From Mobula hypostoma (lineage: Eukaryota), in contig NC_086118.1 of the NCBI RefSeq assembly GCF_963921235.1, positions 9,610,001 to 9,674,000 on the forward strand: a DNA stretch of 64,000 nucleotides, written 5' to 3'. Under the pieces are notes generated by a model, which was not told the DNA's origin, made no database searches, and was given only the letters and a program-made list of their open reading frames with translations. The position numbers and the translations under genes are program-made. Below, piece after piece: positions 1 through 12,945 of the stretch; the stretch's first letter is position 1; every line of letters starts with the position of its first letter.

Positions 1-188
1 CGTGACCGCATGAGTTTCCTCTGGGTGCTCCGGTTTCCTCCCACATTCCAAAGGTGTACCAGTTGGTAGGTTAATTGGACATTGTAAATTGTCTCACGAT
101 TAGGTTAGGATTAAATTGGGGGATTGCTGGGTGATGCAGCTCAAAGGGCCAGAAGGGCCTATTCTGCACTGTAACTCAATAAATAAAT
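1..188 (+). mobile_element. V-domain SINE (HE1-like), 3' part
   Basis: V-SINE core gtttcctctgggtgctccggtttcctcccaca..ccaaag..ggttaattgg, a CR1-like 3' end and an aataaataaa tail. Homologous copies at 17770 and 44021. Confidence 0.8.
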
Positions 189-769
189 TACAAAAATGCT
201 GGAATTTACTATCAAGGAACATTGTGAAACTCATAATACAATCAATATATTTTAATGAAAGGGAGAGCATGCTTAATAACTTTTTTAAAGTTCTTTGTGA
301 ATACTGTAGAACAAGCAGGATGGATAAAGGGGTAATAGTAGAGAGTAGAGGTAGTGTATTGGTCTTCCAATAACGTTTGATAAGTACTAAATAAGGTCAT
401 TGCACAAGCCCTTCACATTTCGTCAATGTTTACACCACCTCAGATTCCAACACAACTGATACAATGAAAGCCATTCAAATATCTTAATTACACTGCAAAG
501 TGTTGTGGTCTTTAATGTTCAGATTCTATTATTTGCATTGCCCAAGGCATTCTGCACATTACGTTCTAGCTAACCTAACACAGCAACTAGTACGAGAGGA
601 AGACAACAAGAAGACCTGTGGCCTAAGTGATATGGAGCCCAGCTTGAATACCAGGAACAGGAGGATAAGGAAGCCACTCAAATGAACATCAACAATGGGT
701 CTCCCAACTGAAAGACAAGGGAGGTATTGTCCCTTGGGTATAATGGACTCGCTTACTTTTCATAGAAGC

Positions 770-1430
770 TTGTTACCATTGCTTCAGGCTCACAACAACT
801 CTCAACTTTCTTGCCACTGGATCATCCTAGGCAGTAGCAGATGATCTTTGCCATATCAAACATTTTCTGCTCACTACTGCATCGCCCAGGCTCTCCATTT
901 CTGGAGGAATAATTTCATTTATTTGGACATCAATGAGGAGCAGCTGGCATCTTGGGCACCACATTTGCCAGTATTGCTGACTTTCTATGAGTGAAAGCAG
1001 CCATTGACTATACTTTTGTGCCCTCAAGAGCTCCCTTTAACAATCCAAAACCTTTCATTAACAGAGGTTTCTAGCTACTCAAATATATAGCTGATCATTT
1101 ACGATGAAAAATTATCTCGATGACCAGCACAGTGCCAATGACTCTATCATTCTAAGCATTGTCTGATAATAGATGGCACTTCCAATAGATGGCACTAAAG
1201 AATGGTTCCTTGGCTCCTCACACCAGTTCACATTCCAGCCTCTGCAGCTGAGCATGGACATAACAAGAACCAGGCAAATGCAGAACCATGGTAGAAGATG
1301 CCATAGGTCTCCTGAAGAAGAAATGTTGTTATCTGCATTGGCTGAAGTGATCCTGAAGTCCACAATGACCAGGTGCTGAGACTTTGTGCTGCCCTATTCA
1401 GCCAGTTAAGTTGTCTGGAACAACAACTTA
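770..1430 (+). pseudogene. Decayed PIF/Harbinger (HARBI1-like) transposase fragment
   Basis: Across frames: LTTTLNFLATGS, FASIADFL*VKAAIDYTFV..RAP, PFINR, DSIIL, WLLTPV..AAE, VEDAIGLLKKK. These match the Harbinger motifs ALNFFATGSFQ, IAGFP.VQGAIDCTHV and WLMTP. Stops and frameshifts present. Confidence 0.8.
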
Positions 1431-2239
1431 ACATCTTTGGTGTAACTCACCTTAATGCTGTTTCAACCGTGTTAGCCAATTACACCTTTTCGTTTATTCT
1501 GCCTTTAAATAGAACGATGTTTCAGCACACCAATAACTGATGAAATTAATAGGTTAAGTGTGTGGGCAGGAATTTGGCAGATAGAATGTAATGTGAGGAG
1601 GCGTGACATTATCTCTTTAGCAGGAAGAATAGAAAAGTGATTTCTTTTAAATGTTGAGACAACAGAATGCTGCATAACAACCTCTTTATGTGGCACCTTA
1701 TCAACTATGCTTGTTCTATCTTGAGATTTCCTTTTCATAAATCCATGTTTATTGTTTCTACCATTTTGTGGTATTCTAAATTACCTGTTACCATTTCTAG
1801 AAGGGTTTCCAACAGTTTTCTGGCTTTAAACTAACCGGCCTAAACTCCTTTCTTTCTGTCACCTTCCATTCCCGAATGGTGACATTACATATGTTACCTT
1901 CAAAGCCATCCAGAATCTGTAGAAATTTGGAAAATCACAACAAATGCAGCAGTTTGTATCTTTGTAGCCACCTCTTTTAGTAACTAAGCATTTAAGCAAT
2001 TAAGTCAAGGGGATTTCTTCATCCTAATCTCTACACACCCAACTAATTCTTTACAAATATTAATTACATTATGTTCTGTACTTTTATTCAATTCTTGGCT
2101 TCACACTATCTTTGGTACTCTATGTGCCTAGCTTACTATTTACATATTACAAGGTCGCTTTTGACATCAAAGGACCCATGGTCACATTCCTCCATTTCAT
2201 GTAACTGAAGATCTATCAAACTTTTTCTATCGTGTTTAG

Positions 2240-2900
2240 TGGTATTGGAGATGAGTACAAATGAATGCATGACTACCAGAGGTGGTGGAGAAGAGAGGGT
2301 TTTAGTTTCCTGGGGCGTTAGGCTAGTTTTGAAGATTGTGGGACCTGTACAGGCCAAGTGCAATGTATCTCAACAGGGTCAAGACCAACATCTTCATGGG
2401 TAGGTTTGTTGGTGAGATAGGGCTCAATCTAGTGACCATGGCAAAGGGGGCTCAAACTTAGATTCAGAAGAGACAGTTTCAGAACTGGAAAAGGAAAGGT
2501 GAAATTTAGTAAGAGAGTTTGAAAGGAATTAAAAATAAACATTAGAGAACAGAAAGAAATGGTCTGACTGTGGGGTACATTTCAATGCAAGGAATATAGC
2601 TTAGTTGAAAGCATTAATGGGCTTGTGGAAATATGACATTACAATTATTTCTAAAATACAGTTTAAAGAGAAGCAGAGCTGGAAATATAAGATACATTGT
2701 TATAGGGTTGGAGACGGGCACACAAATAGGTTGTTAGGGGTTAGGGGTGATTGGTAATATATTTTAAAGAAACAACCACACCTCTGAATACAGCTACTAC
2801 ATTGGAAGGATCGACAAATGAGGCTATATAGTTAAACCAAAGAAAATAGAAGGAAATCACAATGTTGATGCTCTACTAAAAAACCTCCAATCTATTATGG
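2240..2900 (+). mobile_element. CR1 LINE fragment (end of ORF1 esterase and start of ORF2 endonuclease), decayed
   Basis: tacatttcaatgcaaggaatata (YFNAR.I-like APE start) preceded by esterase-like ORF1 sequence. Confidence 0.6.
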
Positions 2901-3049
2901 GGAGAAGGTTTTTTGCCACCTACGCTATTAGTGACCCTCGAACAACTATTCCAAACAAAACTGCCACTTTTTATTACTAATACCATCCTTGATTCATCCT
3001 GAAACCATCACCCATACATTTGTCCCCATACTTTCAAAATATAGTCATG

Positions 3050-3237
3050 GCAACACACACAAAACGCAGGAGGAACTCAGCAGGCCAGGCAGCATCTATA
3101 GAAAAAAGTACAGTTCGAAGTTTTGGGCCGACTGTACTTTTTTCCATCAATGCTGCCTGGCCTGCTGAGTTCCTCCAGCTTTTTGTGTGTGTTGCTCAGA
3201 TTTCCAGCATCTGCAGATTTTATCTTGTTTGTGAAAT
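3050..3237. mobile_element. Penelope-derived fold-back (palindromic) short element
   Basis: Inverted arms of about 60-70 bp (caacacacacaaaa...gtacagt / actgtac...gtgtgtgttg). TSD atatagtc(a/t)tg at 3039-3049 and 3238-3248. Confidence 0.8.
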
Positions 3238-3295
3238 ATATAGTCTTGTCTGTTTCATGCTGAACTGCATCCTGGTTGTGTATAGTGATAGAGAT

Positions 3296-4815
3296 AATAA
3301 GACCATAAGACTAAGAGCAGAATTAGGCTATTTGGCCCATTGAGTCTGCTCCGCCATTCAGTCATGGCTGATCCTTTTTCCCCCACTTCAGCCCCACTCC
3401 CTGGCCTTCTCCCCATAACCTTTGATGTCGTGGCCAATCAAGAACCTATCAATCTCCGCCTTAAATACACCCAATGACCTGGCCTCCACAGCTGCCTGCG
3501 GTAATAAATTCCACAAATTCACCGCCCCCGACTAAAAAAAAAATTCCCCACATCCCTGTTTTAAATGAATGTCCCTTTATTCTGACGCTGTTTCCTCTTG
3601 TCCTAAGACTCCTCCACCTTGGGAAACATCTTCTCCACATCTACTCTGTCTAGGCCTTTCAACATTCAAAAGGTTTCAATGAGATCCTCTCTCATCCTTC
3701 TAAATTCCAGCAAATACAGACCCAGAGCCATCAAACAGTCATCATATGATAACACTTCCATTCCCAGAATTATCCTTGTGAATCTCCTCTGAACCCTTTC
3801 CAATGCCATCACATCTTTTCTTAGATGAGGAGCCCAAAACTGTTCACAATACTCAAGGTGACGCCTCACCAGTGCCTTATAAAGCCTCAGCATTACATCC
3901 CCGTTCTTGTATTCTAGACCTCTTGAAATGAATGCATTTGCCTTCCTCACCACCAACTCAATCTGCAAGTTAACCTTATTCTGCACAAGGAATCCCAAGT
4001 CCTTCTGCATCTCAGATTTTTGGATTTTCTCCCTGTTTAGAAGATAGTCCACACATTTATTTCTACTACCAAAGTGCTTGACTATGCATTTTCCAACATT
4101 GTATTTCATTTGCCACTTTCTTGCCCACTCTCCTAATCTGTCTAAGTCCTTCTGCAGCTACCTCTTTCCACAACACTACCTGCCGCTCCACCAACCTTTG
4201 TATCATCTGAAAACTTGGCAACAAAGCTGTCTATTCAATTATCTAAATACATTTATATACAGTATAAAAAGAAGCAGTCCCAACATCGACCCTGCAGAAT
4301 ACCACTAGTAACTGGCAGATAACCAGAAAAGGATGCTTTTATTCCCACTCCCTGCCTCCTACCAATCAGTCAATATTCTAACCTGTTAGTAACTTCCCTG
4401 TAATACCATGGGCTCTTAACTTGGTAAACAGCCTCATGTGTGGTCCCTTGTCAAAGGCCTTCTGGTAGTCTAAGTATACAACACCCACTGCATCTCCTTT
4501 ATCTATCCTACTGTAGTTTCTTCAAAGAATTCCAACAGGTTTGTCAGGCAAGATTTTCCCTTAAGGAAACATGCTGACTTTGTCCTAAGTTGTCTGGTGC
4601 CCTGTTTCCTGATCAGTTAGGGCATCAGAGGATATGTCGAAAAGGCAGGTGGATGGGTTTGAGTGGGATCCGGGATCAGCCAAGACGTAATGGAAGAGCA
4701 GACTCGATAGGCTAAATTGCCCAATTCTGCTCCTATGTCTTTTGGTCACCAAGTACTCAATAATCTCATACTTAACAATTGACTCCAGCATCTTCTCAAC
4801 CACTGAGGTCAGGCT
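3296..4815 (-). mobile_element. CR1 (HER1-like) LINE, 5'-truncated RT region with a + strand CR1 tail nested at about 4590-4748
   Basis: ORF 3666-4109 with LRLYKALVRRHLEYCEQFWAP..LERVQRRFTR; taagacca-type tail near 3296. Confidence 0.9.
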
Positions 4816-6664
4816 AATGTCACTGCATGTCTACCTGGACTCAACGTGTTCCACAAGTAACCAACTGAAGTTAACTTTTTAGGTAGCATTTAGCTAGTGG
4901 CTCCCTAATTTTAGAAAATCATCCTTCTCCTCTTTTCTGGTATTAGAGTGGTTCTGTAAATCCACTTATTAATATCAACCAGTTTGCCAGAAACTTGGAT
5001 CATGTCCCAGCCTTTCTATATTCTAATAGGAACAGATGTTGTTGCCTAATTGTGTATTAGCACTGAAAAAATATACAGTATTCATTTCAGTTAGTTTTTC
5101 CTACAACCTACAACACAGCTTTCCATATGTTTCTTGATTTCCACAATGGCAGTCTTGTTCTGAAGGAGTTGAGCAATCTATTTCCTCATTGCTTCCTATG
5201 CTCACTCACTATTACAAGTAGGGGGAATACAGAAGCAAATTGTCATAAATTGTCACTTGACTCTTTTGACTTACACCTGCATTCATGCTCCAGCACCCCC
5301 CACACTTTATTATGCCTCTAAGATATTTCTTCTATTCTATTTGCTCTGATGCCTCAAATAGCTCCAAAACTCCCACCCTAATACCCATCCCATCATCTGC
5401 TCATGCAATCAAACCCAGTGAGAGGAATCACAAGGGTCCTGCAAATGAGATTGCATCATGTAACGTGATCTCTGGTCCAGACATAAAATGTCCCAGTACT
5501 CTCTTGATATAGCGCTGAGAGGCAATACAATCCTCAAACTGGCAAATCACTCCAGACGCTTAGCACCCTCTGGGAAAATATTCATTATTTCATTTCCTGT
5601 ACCTTTCTGTGTAGAAGCATGAGTTTCCATTAGCATTCCCCCAAAGGCTCAAAATGGAACTTGAATCTACATCATTCCCTTTGCCTTCCTAGCTACAGTG
5701 AAGGTTTGAGGAACAGAGGGAGGAGGAAAATAGTGTGGATGGATACATTTGCTAGGGCTATCATTGTAAAACAGATGAAATGGAGCATTTAAAATATTTG
5801 TATGTAATGAGCTGAAGGACTTTTCTGTCTTATCTTTAAAATGATTTGTTTATTGCCGGGTTTCTGAGTTCAGTCAATGCCCAGAAAAAAAAATCTATGC
5901 TTTAGCTCCTTAATTGTTAATTACAGTATCAAGTGAAAGCTGAAGATATTAAATTGAACAAAAATTGCTGTATTTGCCTTGCCCTTTGGTTTTAATAGTT
6001 TCAAAATCACTCTGTAGAAGTACGGGAAAAAAATAGTCAGCTTGTTTTTCTCATGAAGTGACTGTTCACCACCTTCAATAGCAGAATGTCTACCTGGTCA
6101 TGCAAAATACCATGTGTTCTGGCATTAGCCAGAATTGACATCATCTAAATAGGAGACTGAATGTTTGTATTTCGTGAGTGATTCCCATTTTCAAAGTCTT
6201 CAAGTCAGCTGCTTTATATTAAATACAATTCCTGCTGTTCACAATGTTCTGCTTTGCACTTGGAATTTGACAAGGGAAGGTTCTAACTTAATTAAATTCC
6301 TTTGTGCTTTTCTGGCAGAGCCAAGGTATCACTGTTTGATTTTCACTTAAATTTCTCAAAGCACCTGCCTTCTTTGGCTGTTGTGTTGGAGTTGATGAGA
6401 TTCAATCATCCTGAAACAAGTTCTGTGTAAATATATACAAGTGTTGTCATTTAATGATATGTAAAAGAATCAATAAATTACAGAAATCTTGAAAAATGAG
6501 ATACAACTGAATTTACTATCTAACTGGTCACTGTAGCATATACTCTCAAATTTTGTGAACTGAAGGATGCAAATAGAGAGAAAAAGTCATCCTCTTTGAT
6601 TAGCTTTGTAAGGGGTTATTAATTTAGAATTATCACTTAACTAGATGGCACAGGTGTAACGAGA

Positions 6665-6882
6665 TAGATTCTTCCCCTCCACCATCTGAATGGATAATGA
6701 ACACTACTTCAATACTTCTGTTTTCCTTCATGCTCTCTCTTTGCTCTACTTATTTAATTTAGTGTTAATATATATTTCTTATTGTAATTTATAGGTCTTT
6801 ATTATGTATTGTATTGTACTGCTGCTGCAAAACAACAAATTTCATGGCATATGCCAGTGATATTAAACCCGATTCTGAATGA
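6665..6882 (+). mobile_element. Rex1/Babar-like LINE 3' end
   Basis: 3' UTR shared with the copies at 24212 and 29638 (tgctgctgcaaaacaacaaatttcatg...gattctga). Confidence 0.65.
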
Positions 6883-7130
6883 ATCTTTGGATTTTTCTAC
6901 CCCAGGTTGTCATGGTGGTGATTTCATTGAATATATAATGAAAACAAGAGATTCTCAAGGGAATGAAGGGACTCGGAGAGATAGTGGGAAAATTGCACTG
7001 AGGCCTAGATTGAATTAACTGAAACATTATTGAATAGCTAAAGCGGATTTGACGGGCTTCCCCACCCCACCCTCACCAATTCGGTTTCTTTTGTCCAGAT
7101 GTTCACCTGTAAACCTACAGCACAATCTTA

Positions 7131-7552
7131 ATGGCATGAACATTGACTTCTCTAACTTCCGCTAATGCCCCACCTCACCCTCGTACCCCATCTGTTATTT
7201 ATTTTTATACACACATTCTTTCTCTCACTCTCCTTTTTCTCCCTCTGTCCCTCTGAATATACCTCTTGCCCATCCTCTGGGTCCCCCCCCCCATCTTTCT
7301 CCCCGGGCCTCCCGTCCCATGATCCTCTCATATCCCCTTTGCCAATCACCTGTCCAGCTCTTGGCTCCATCCCTCCCCCTCCTGTCTTCTCCTATCATTT
7401 TGGATCTCCCCCTCCCCTCCAACTTTCAAATCTCTTACTAGCTCTTCCTTCAGTTAGTCCTGACGAAGGGTCTCGGCCTGAAACGTCAACTGTACCTCTT
7501 CCTAGAGATGCTGCCTGGCCTGCTGCGTTCACCAGCAACTTTAATGTGTGTT
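7131..7552 (+). mobile_element. Penelope-like element 3' end with hammerhead-like motif
   Basis: Begins with the GMNIDFSNFR* end of the GIY-YIG ORF, then a C/T-rich UTR and the CTGACGA..GAAACGTC motif. Perfect 11-bp TSD gcacaatctta at 7120-7130 and 7553-7563. Confidence 0.88.
7455..7492 (+). ncRNA. Minimal type I hammerhead ribozyme-like motif
   Basis: tagtc CTGACGA agggtctcggcct GAAA cgtc aactg. Both core boxes and the palindromic ACGU are intact; there is one stem I mismatch next to the core. Confidence 0.7.
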
Positions 7553-8169
7553 GCACAATCTTATTAGTGCCTTTCTAAAAAGAATAAGGTTATTACAAAG
7601 TTCAGAATGACAAGCAATGTACTTCAGATAGTTAGCTGGCTTGGAATGGATATCAGTGGAAAGCCATTCTTAATCATCAATAATTTGTATAAAAGATAAC
7701 AAGCTATTCACCAATTTTGATTTAAAGACAGAAAATGCTTTAACCACAACATTCACTCTTATCTTTTCAATTATAATGAAGAGTCAGCTGCAGTGGCATT
7801 ATTGCTGATCTGCCAAAAGCTCCTCTTCTCTGGCACCCTCCTATTTCTCAATAAATGTTACCCCTTGGCAATAGTACCTGAAAACACAGCTCAACCTTCT
7901 ACGTGTGTGCAGACACCTAATTCTTTCACCACTCATAAATACTTGACTATCTGCCTGTCATCCAGTATTGAATGAGAGAAACATCTTCTGTTTGTAGTCA
8001 ACGTGGGTCTGCACTATTATGTGCTTGCTCCCTTATCACTGGCCCCATCACCATAGAAAATGTGGACTGAATCTTTGCAATCTTGATCCATAACGAGCAA
8101 TGATCCATAAAAATGAGGCCCAGCGCTAAGCTTAATAATTTCCAACCTACATAACGTAATCCAACTCCA

Positions 8170-8680
8170 CCCTCCCTTAGTTACTTCTCAACTATTCCAA
8201 TGCACTCTAGGTTATCCTAGATTCTTCTCTCATAATCTGATTTACAGCAGGGCCTGTCCATTCAGAATCTCTCTGCATGCTGATTTCACATTTGCTTCGT
8301 TATGAAACAGCTCAGTTTTAAAATTCTCAATTATGTTTTCAGATCTCCCCGTGTTTTCACCCCCTATGAACTCAGTAATCTCCGTTCCTATAACTTTCCA
8401 AGAACCCTCTGCACCTCCAATTCTCTGATAGACTCTTAGTGGCTCCACCATTGGTAGTCATTCTTTCAATTGCCTGAGCCATTGTCTCTGGAAGACCTTT
8501 GTTAAACCTTTTTCTGTCTCTACTTACATTATTCTTCAGACATGCCTTGAACCTGCCCCTCTGATCAAACACTAAATCATCTGTTTGATGATTTTTTTAT
8601 GTTGTTTATTGACAACGTTTATTTAATGATGTCATTGAGAACCATCTGAAATGTTGAATAGATGAGTTCAGAAACTACAT
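8170..8680 (+). mobile_element. Old L2 LINE 3' fragment
   Basis: Degenerate L.YSNAL, FKIL and accattggtagtcattctttca..ctctggaa segments typical of the L2 RT C-terminus. Confidence 0.55.
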
Positions 8681-8884
8681 TTTGTCATTCCACCTATGAA
8701 TGATTGAAAAATTAATTCAGATGTATTTTACTATTTGAAATTGTCAGCACACTGTGAACTTCTCATTAATACCATCAGTTCTTATTAACTCCAACTTCTG
8801 ATGGCATGTGATGATTCCCACCTTAATCATAAGCATTGTTTTTAACTGTAAAACACCAGCCTTATTCTGCTATCTGATATTCTG

Positions 8885-9376
8885 CAGTACTATACAAAAG
8901 TCTCAGGCACATATATATAGCTCAAATGCTACAACATTTGAACAGTACTGTATTTGTCTACTTGGGGTGGAGAGCAAGTTTGTAAATCTGGTGGGAGCAA
9001 AGGATTCTGGGAATGGCAAGAGTGGAGTGTCACAGGAGTGGTGTGGGACAGGTGGCAGAGGAGTGCCGGGGCAGGAAGGGGTGGCACAGGTACAGACATA
9101 TCCAGCCCTGACCAGGCAAGGTCATTTGATTCCAAACAATTGATTTATTGATCATTACAGAATGTCTCTCTGGGGCTTCCTGCTCCCTCCCCCTTTTCCC
9201 AACTGTGATTCCCCTCTCCCTGCCCCCTTCCCATTCTCAGTTCACAATAGAGGCCCATATCAGAACCAGTTTTATCATCACTCACATATGTCATGAAATT
9301 TGTTTCTGTTTTTCACAGCAGCAGTAGAGTGTAATTCATAAAGTTACTACTGTATTGTGCAAAAGTCTTAGGCACT
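8885..9376. repeat. Composite repeat with Tc1-MITE-like cagtactgtgcaaaagtcttaggcac termini
   Basis: Degenerate terminal motif at 8885-8910, inverted at about 8925-8950, and again at 9345-9375. The interior includes a Rex-like tail on the minus strand. Confidence 0.5.
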
Positions 9377-9594
9377 GTACATTCATGTTTCCTGAAAAAG
9401 TGAGCATGACATTTTGTGAGGCTTTAAAGTATATGGGATATTATGTGTGTGTCTATTGAGGGAAGGAGCAATTGTTGGTGGAAGTCTGGGGATGGAGAGT
9501 GAATTTATTATAAGTGATCTTCCTTACAAATTGTATATCCAAATAACCCATTAGGAAAATCTCAGAGTAATATATTGCAATGGATCGCACAATA

Positions 9595-10187
9595 TCGATT
9601 GAGATTGAGAGCCGAGAGGTAATGTTACAGCTTTATAGGACTCTGGTCAGACCCCACTTGGAGTACTTTGCTCAGTTCTGGTTACCTCACTACGGGAATG
9701 ATGTGGAAACTATAGAAAGGGTGCAGAGGAGATTTACAAGGATGTTGCCTGGATTGGGGAGCATGCCCTAGGAGAATAGGTTGAATGAACTTGGCATTTT
9801 CTCTTTGGAGTGACCGAGGATGGGAGGTGACCTGATAGAAGTGTATAAAATGATGAGAGGCAGTGATCGTGTGGATAGTCAGAGGCTTTTTCCCAGGGCT
9901 GAAATGGCTAACATGAGAGGGCACAGTTTTAAGGTGCTTGGAAGTAGGTACAGAGGAGATGTTCGGGGCAAGTTTTTCAGAGAGTGGTGAGTGTGTGGAA
10001 TGGGCTGCCAGCGACGGTGGTGGAGGCGGATATGACAGGGTCTTTTAAGTGACTCCTGGATAGGTACATGGAGCTTAGAAAAAGAGGGCTATGGGTAACC
10101 CTTGGTAATTTCTAAAGTAAGTACATGCTTGGCACGGCATTGTGTGCCAAAGGGCCTGTATTGTGCTGTAGGTTTTCTATATTTCTA
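9595..10187 (+). mobile_element. CR1 LINE 3' end
   Basis: LQLYRTLVRPHLEYFAQFWLP..IERVQRRFTRMLPGL; CR1 3' stem-loop and ttctat tail. Confidence 0.9.
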
Positions 10188-10284
10188 ATATGCAAATATT
10201 CATGGCAATTCCCCACTCTAACCACTGGCTTCATCTCAGATTACATTTGCGTCTTGCCAGCAATGTTTCTAGCCTTGGCTCAAT

Positions 10285-10470
10285 TGTTTGTCACTCTCAA
10301 TTCTGGGCTAGAAGTAACTTAACTGTACTCACACTCCAGGGACCTGAGTACACAATCTAAGCTGACAATCCAGTGCCTTTCTCAGATAAAACATTAAACT
10401 CAGATGGATTTATGGCACATGAGAAAAACAGCTGGTAAGACCTAACTAACACCCCCCTCAACTACATTAA
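10285..10470 (+). mobile_element. Deu-domain (SacSINE1-like) SINE, decayed
   Basis: cactccagggacctgagtacacaatctaagctgacaatccagtg resembles the DeuSINE body. Confidence 0.5.
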
Positions 10471-10790
10471 GAAAGCAAATAACAAACTGCTTGAAATCTA
10501 TAACAATTAAATATTAAAATTCTGGGCAAATATAGTCCTATATATATTTTCATTGTCACCAATATGGTTGATCTGGGCATTATTACAATGGTGAGACGTA
10601 GAAGATTGTTAATGTTTCCTGAAGATTTACAATGAAATGAGGAAACATTCATGAATTCCAAGATACAATCACACTCCTCGGATTCAGAATAGGTCAATCA
10701 AGATGGGAGTGAGAATCTGACTACAAGTGAGGCAGATTTGGGGTCATGCAGGTAGCATTCGGGGAGCCCCTAAGCCTTCGCTCATCCATA

Positions 10791-12407
10791 CAGTGGTGCA
10801 AGGAAGTTTGCGAACCCTGTAGAAATTTCTCCAATTCTCATTAAATATGACCTAAAATATGTTCAGATCTTCACGCAAGTCCTAAAACTAGATAAACGAG
10901 AACCCAATTAAATAAAAAACACAAAAAACAGCATACTTACTCATATATTTATTGGGGGAAATGATCTAATTTTACATGTATTTGTTGGAAAAACTATGTG
11001 AACCTTTGCTTTCAGTAACTGGTGTGACCCCCATGTACAGCAATAACTTCAACCAAGCATTTCTGGTAACGTGATTAGCCCTGCACACCAGCTTGGAAGT
11101 ACTTTAAACTATTCCTCCTTATAAAACTGCTTCAACTCTGGGATGTTGGTGGGCTTCCTTGCATAAGCTGCTGGCTTCAGGTCCTTCCTCAACATTTCTA
11201 CAGGATTAAGGTCAGGACTTTGACTCGGCCTTTCCAAAACATGAATTTTCTTCCTTTTAAGCCATTCTGTGTTGATCTATTCTTGTTTTTTGGATCATTT
11301 TCTTGTTGCATTATCCATCTTTTGTTAAGCTTCAGGTGATGAGTTGTTACCCTGACATTCTCCTGTAACATGTCTTGATACAATTTTGAATTCATTGTTC
11401 CCTCAACAATTGCAGCTGCCCAGGCCCTGAGGCAGCAAAGCAGCTCCAAACCATGATACTCCCTCCCCTATGCTTCAGAGTTGGAATGAGGTTTTGCTGT
11501 TGGTGTGCAGTGCCCTTTTTCCTCCAAACATGGCAACGTGCATTTCTGCCAAAATGTTCAACTTTTGTCTCATCTGTCCACAGAACATTGTCCCAGAGGC
11601 GTTGTAGAACATCCAGGTGGTCCTTTGCAAACTTGAGATATACAGCAATGTTTTTTTGGAGAGCAGTGGTTTCCTCCATGGTCTGCTTCCAAGAACATCA
11701 TTCTCCTTCAGTGTTTTTCTTATTGTGGAGACATGAACAGAGACTTTATCAAGTTCTAGAGATTTCTGCGGGTCTTTTGTTGTTACCCTTCGGTTCTTTT
11801 TCACCTCCTTCAGTACTGCACATTGTGCTCTTGGCATGGTCTTCGCAGGATGCTCACTCCTAGGGAAAGTAGCAACAGTAGAGTGTTCCTTCCATTTGTA
11901 GACAATTTCTCTTACTGTGGATTGATGAACTCTCAGGTCTTTAGAAATGCTTTTGTAGACTTTTCCAGCCTAATGTATCTCTACAATTCTTCCTCTAGGG
12001 TCCTCTGAAAGTTGTTTTGATCAAGGCATAATGCACATAAACAGATCTTTCTTGAGAAGAGCAGGCTCTGTCAGTAACCTGACTTTGTGTGACTTTTTTA
12101 AGGTCAGGGCACCTCTATGACCCACACCTCCAATCTCATCTCATTGATTGGAACACCTGACTTCAAATAGCTTTTGTAGAAAGCATTACCCCAGAGGTTC
12201 ACATACCTTTTCCAACAAATACATGTAATATTGGATCATTTTTCTCAATAAATAAATGCATAAGTCTAATATTTTTGTGTTATTTATTTAATTGGGTTCT
12301 TTATATGTAGTTTTAGGACTTACATAAAGATCTGATCATACTTTAGGACATACTTATGCAGAATTACAGAAAATTCTACAGGGTTTACTAATTTTCTAGC
12401 ACCCCTG
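10791..12407 (-). mobile_element. Full-length (1617 bp) Tc1-family DNA transposon of IR/DR type, inactive
   Basis: TA dinucleotides at 10789-10790 and 12408-12409. About 215-bp inverted repeats (10791-11005 and 12193-12407), starting CAGTGGTGC and ending GCACCCCTG. Confidence 0.95.
11012..12029 (-). pseudogene. Tc1 DD34E transposase pseudogene
   Basis: ATG at 12029, TGA at 11012. Motifs VLWTDETK, HRGGSIMVWSCF, QQENDPK and PSQSPDLNPVE lie in shifting frames with several stops. Confidence 0.93.
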
Positions 12408-12409
12408 TA

Positions 12410-12945
12410 TATCTGAGGTAGATGAGAGGAAGGAGTGTTACACCGTGGTAGAATTGCCATTCAAGGTTGGGAAGTGAAAAGCATGGTAATAGTGATGGAG
12501 TTTGTATCATTAGGAAGATTGATACTATTTTTGGTATGTGAATGTATCAGAAAAGTTTTGTTGCCCACCCAGTGGCTGGGCCAAGACTGGATAGGAACTT
12601 GCAATAAGAAGTTAAGGATCCAGTTGTGTTTCATATGAGACCCAGCCATACCAATAGACAAAGAAGGAGGTTTTCCTGGAGAATTATCAGGAGCTATGTA
12701 CCAAATTAATTAGAAAAATTGCAAAATAAGTAACCTCTGGATTACTACCTCAGCAGCATGTAATTTAGAATATGGTTAATAGATTGGAGAGTTGAACACA
12801 TGGCTCAAAAGCTGGTGGTGTGAAAATAGGTTTCACTTCACCGGGCACAGGTACTAGTTCTGAAGAAAGAGGGAATTACTCCATTGTGAGAGGTTTGATT
12901 CGAATTGAGAGGGAACATTGCTCCCACCATCCCAATTTTCGTTTA
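12410..12945 (+). mobile_element. CR1 ORF1 (esterase-like) fragment interrupted by the Tc1
   Basis: Decayed SGNH-like segments (ttgttgcccacccagtgg, acctctggattactacct, ttgaacacatggctcaaaagctggtgg); appears to continue the 10570-10790 segment. Confidence 0.55.

Noticed and set aside
5127-5700. Possible very old Penelope relic
   Set aside because: Similarity too faint to support without an alignment
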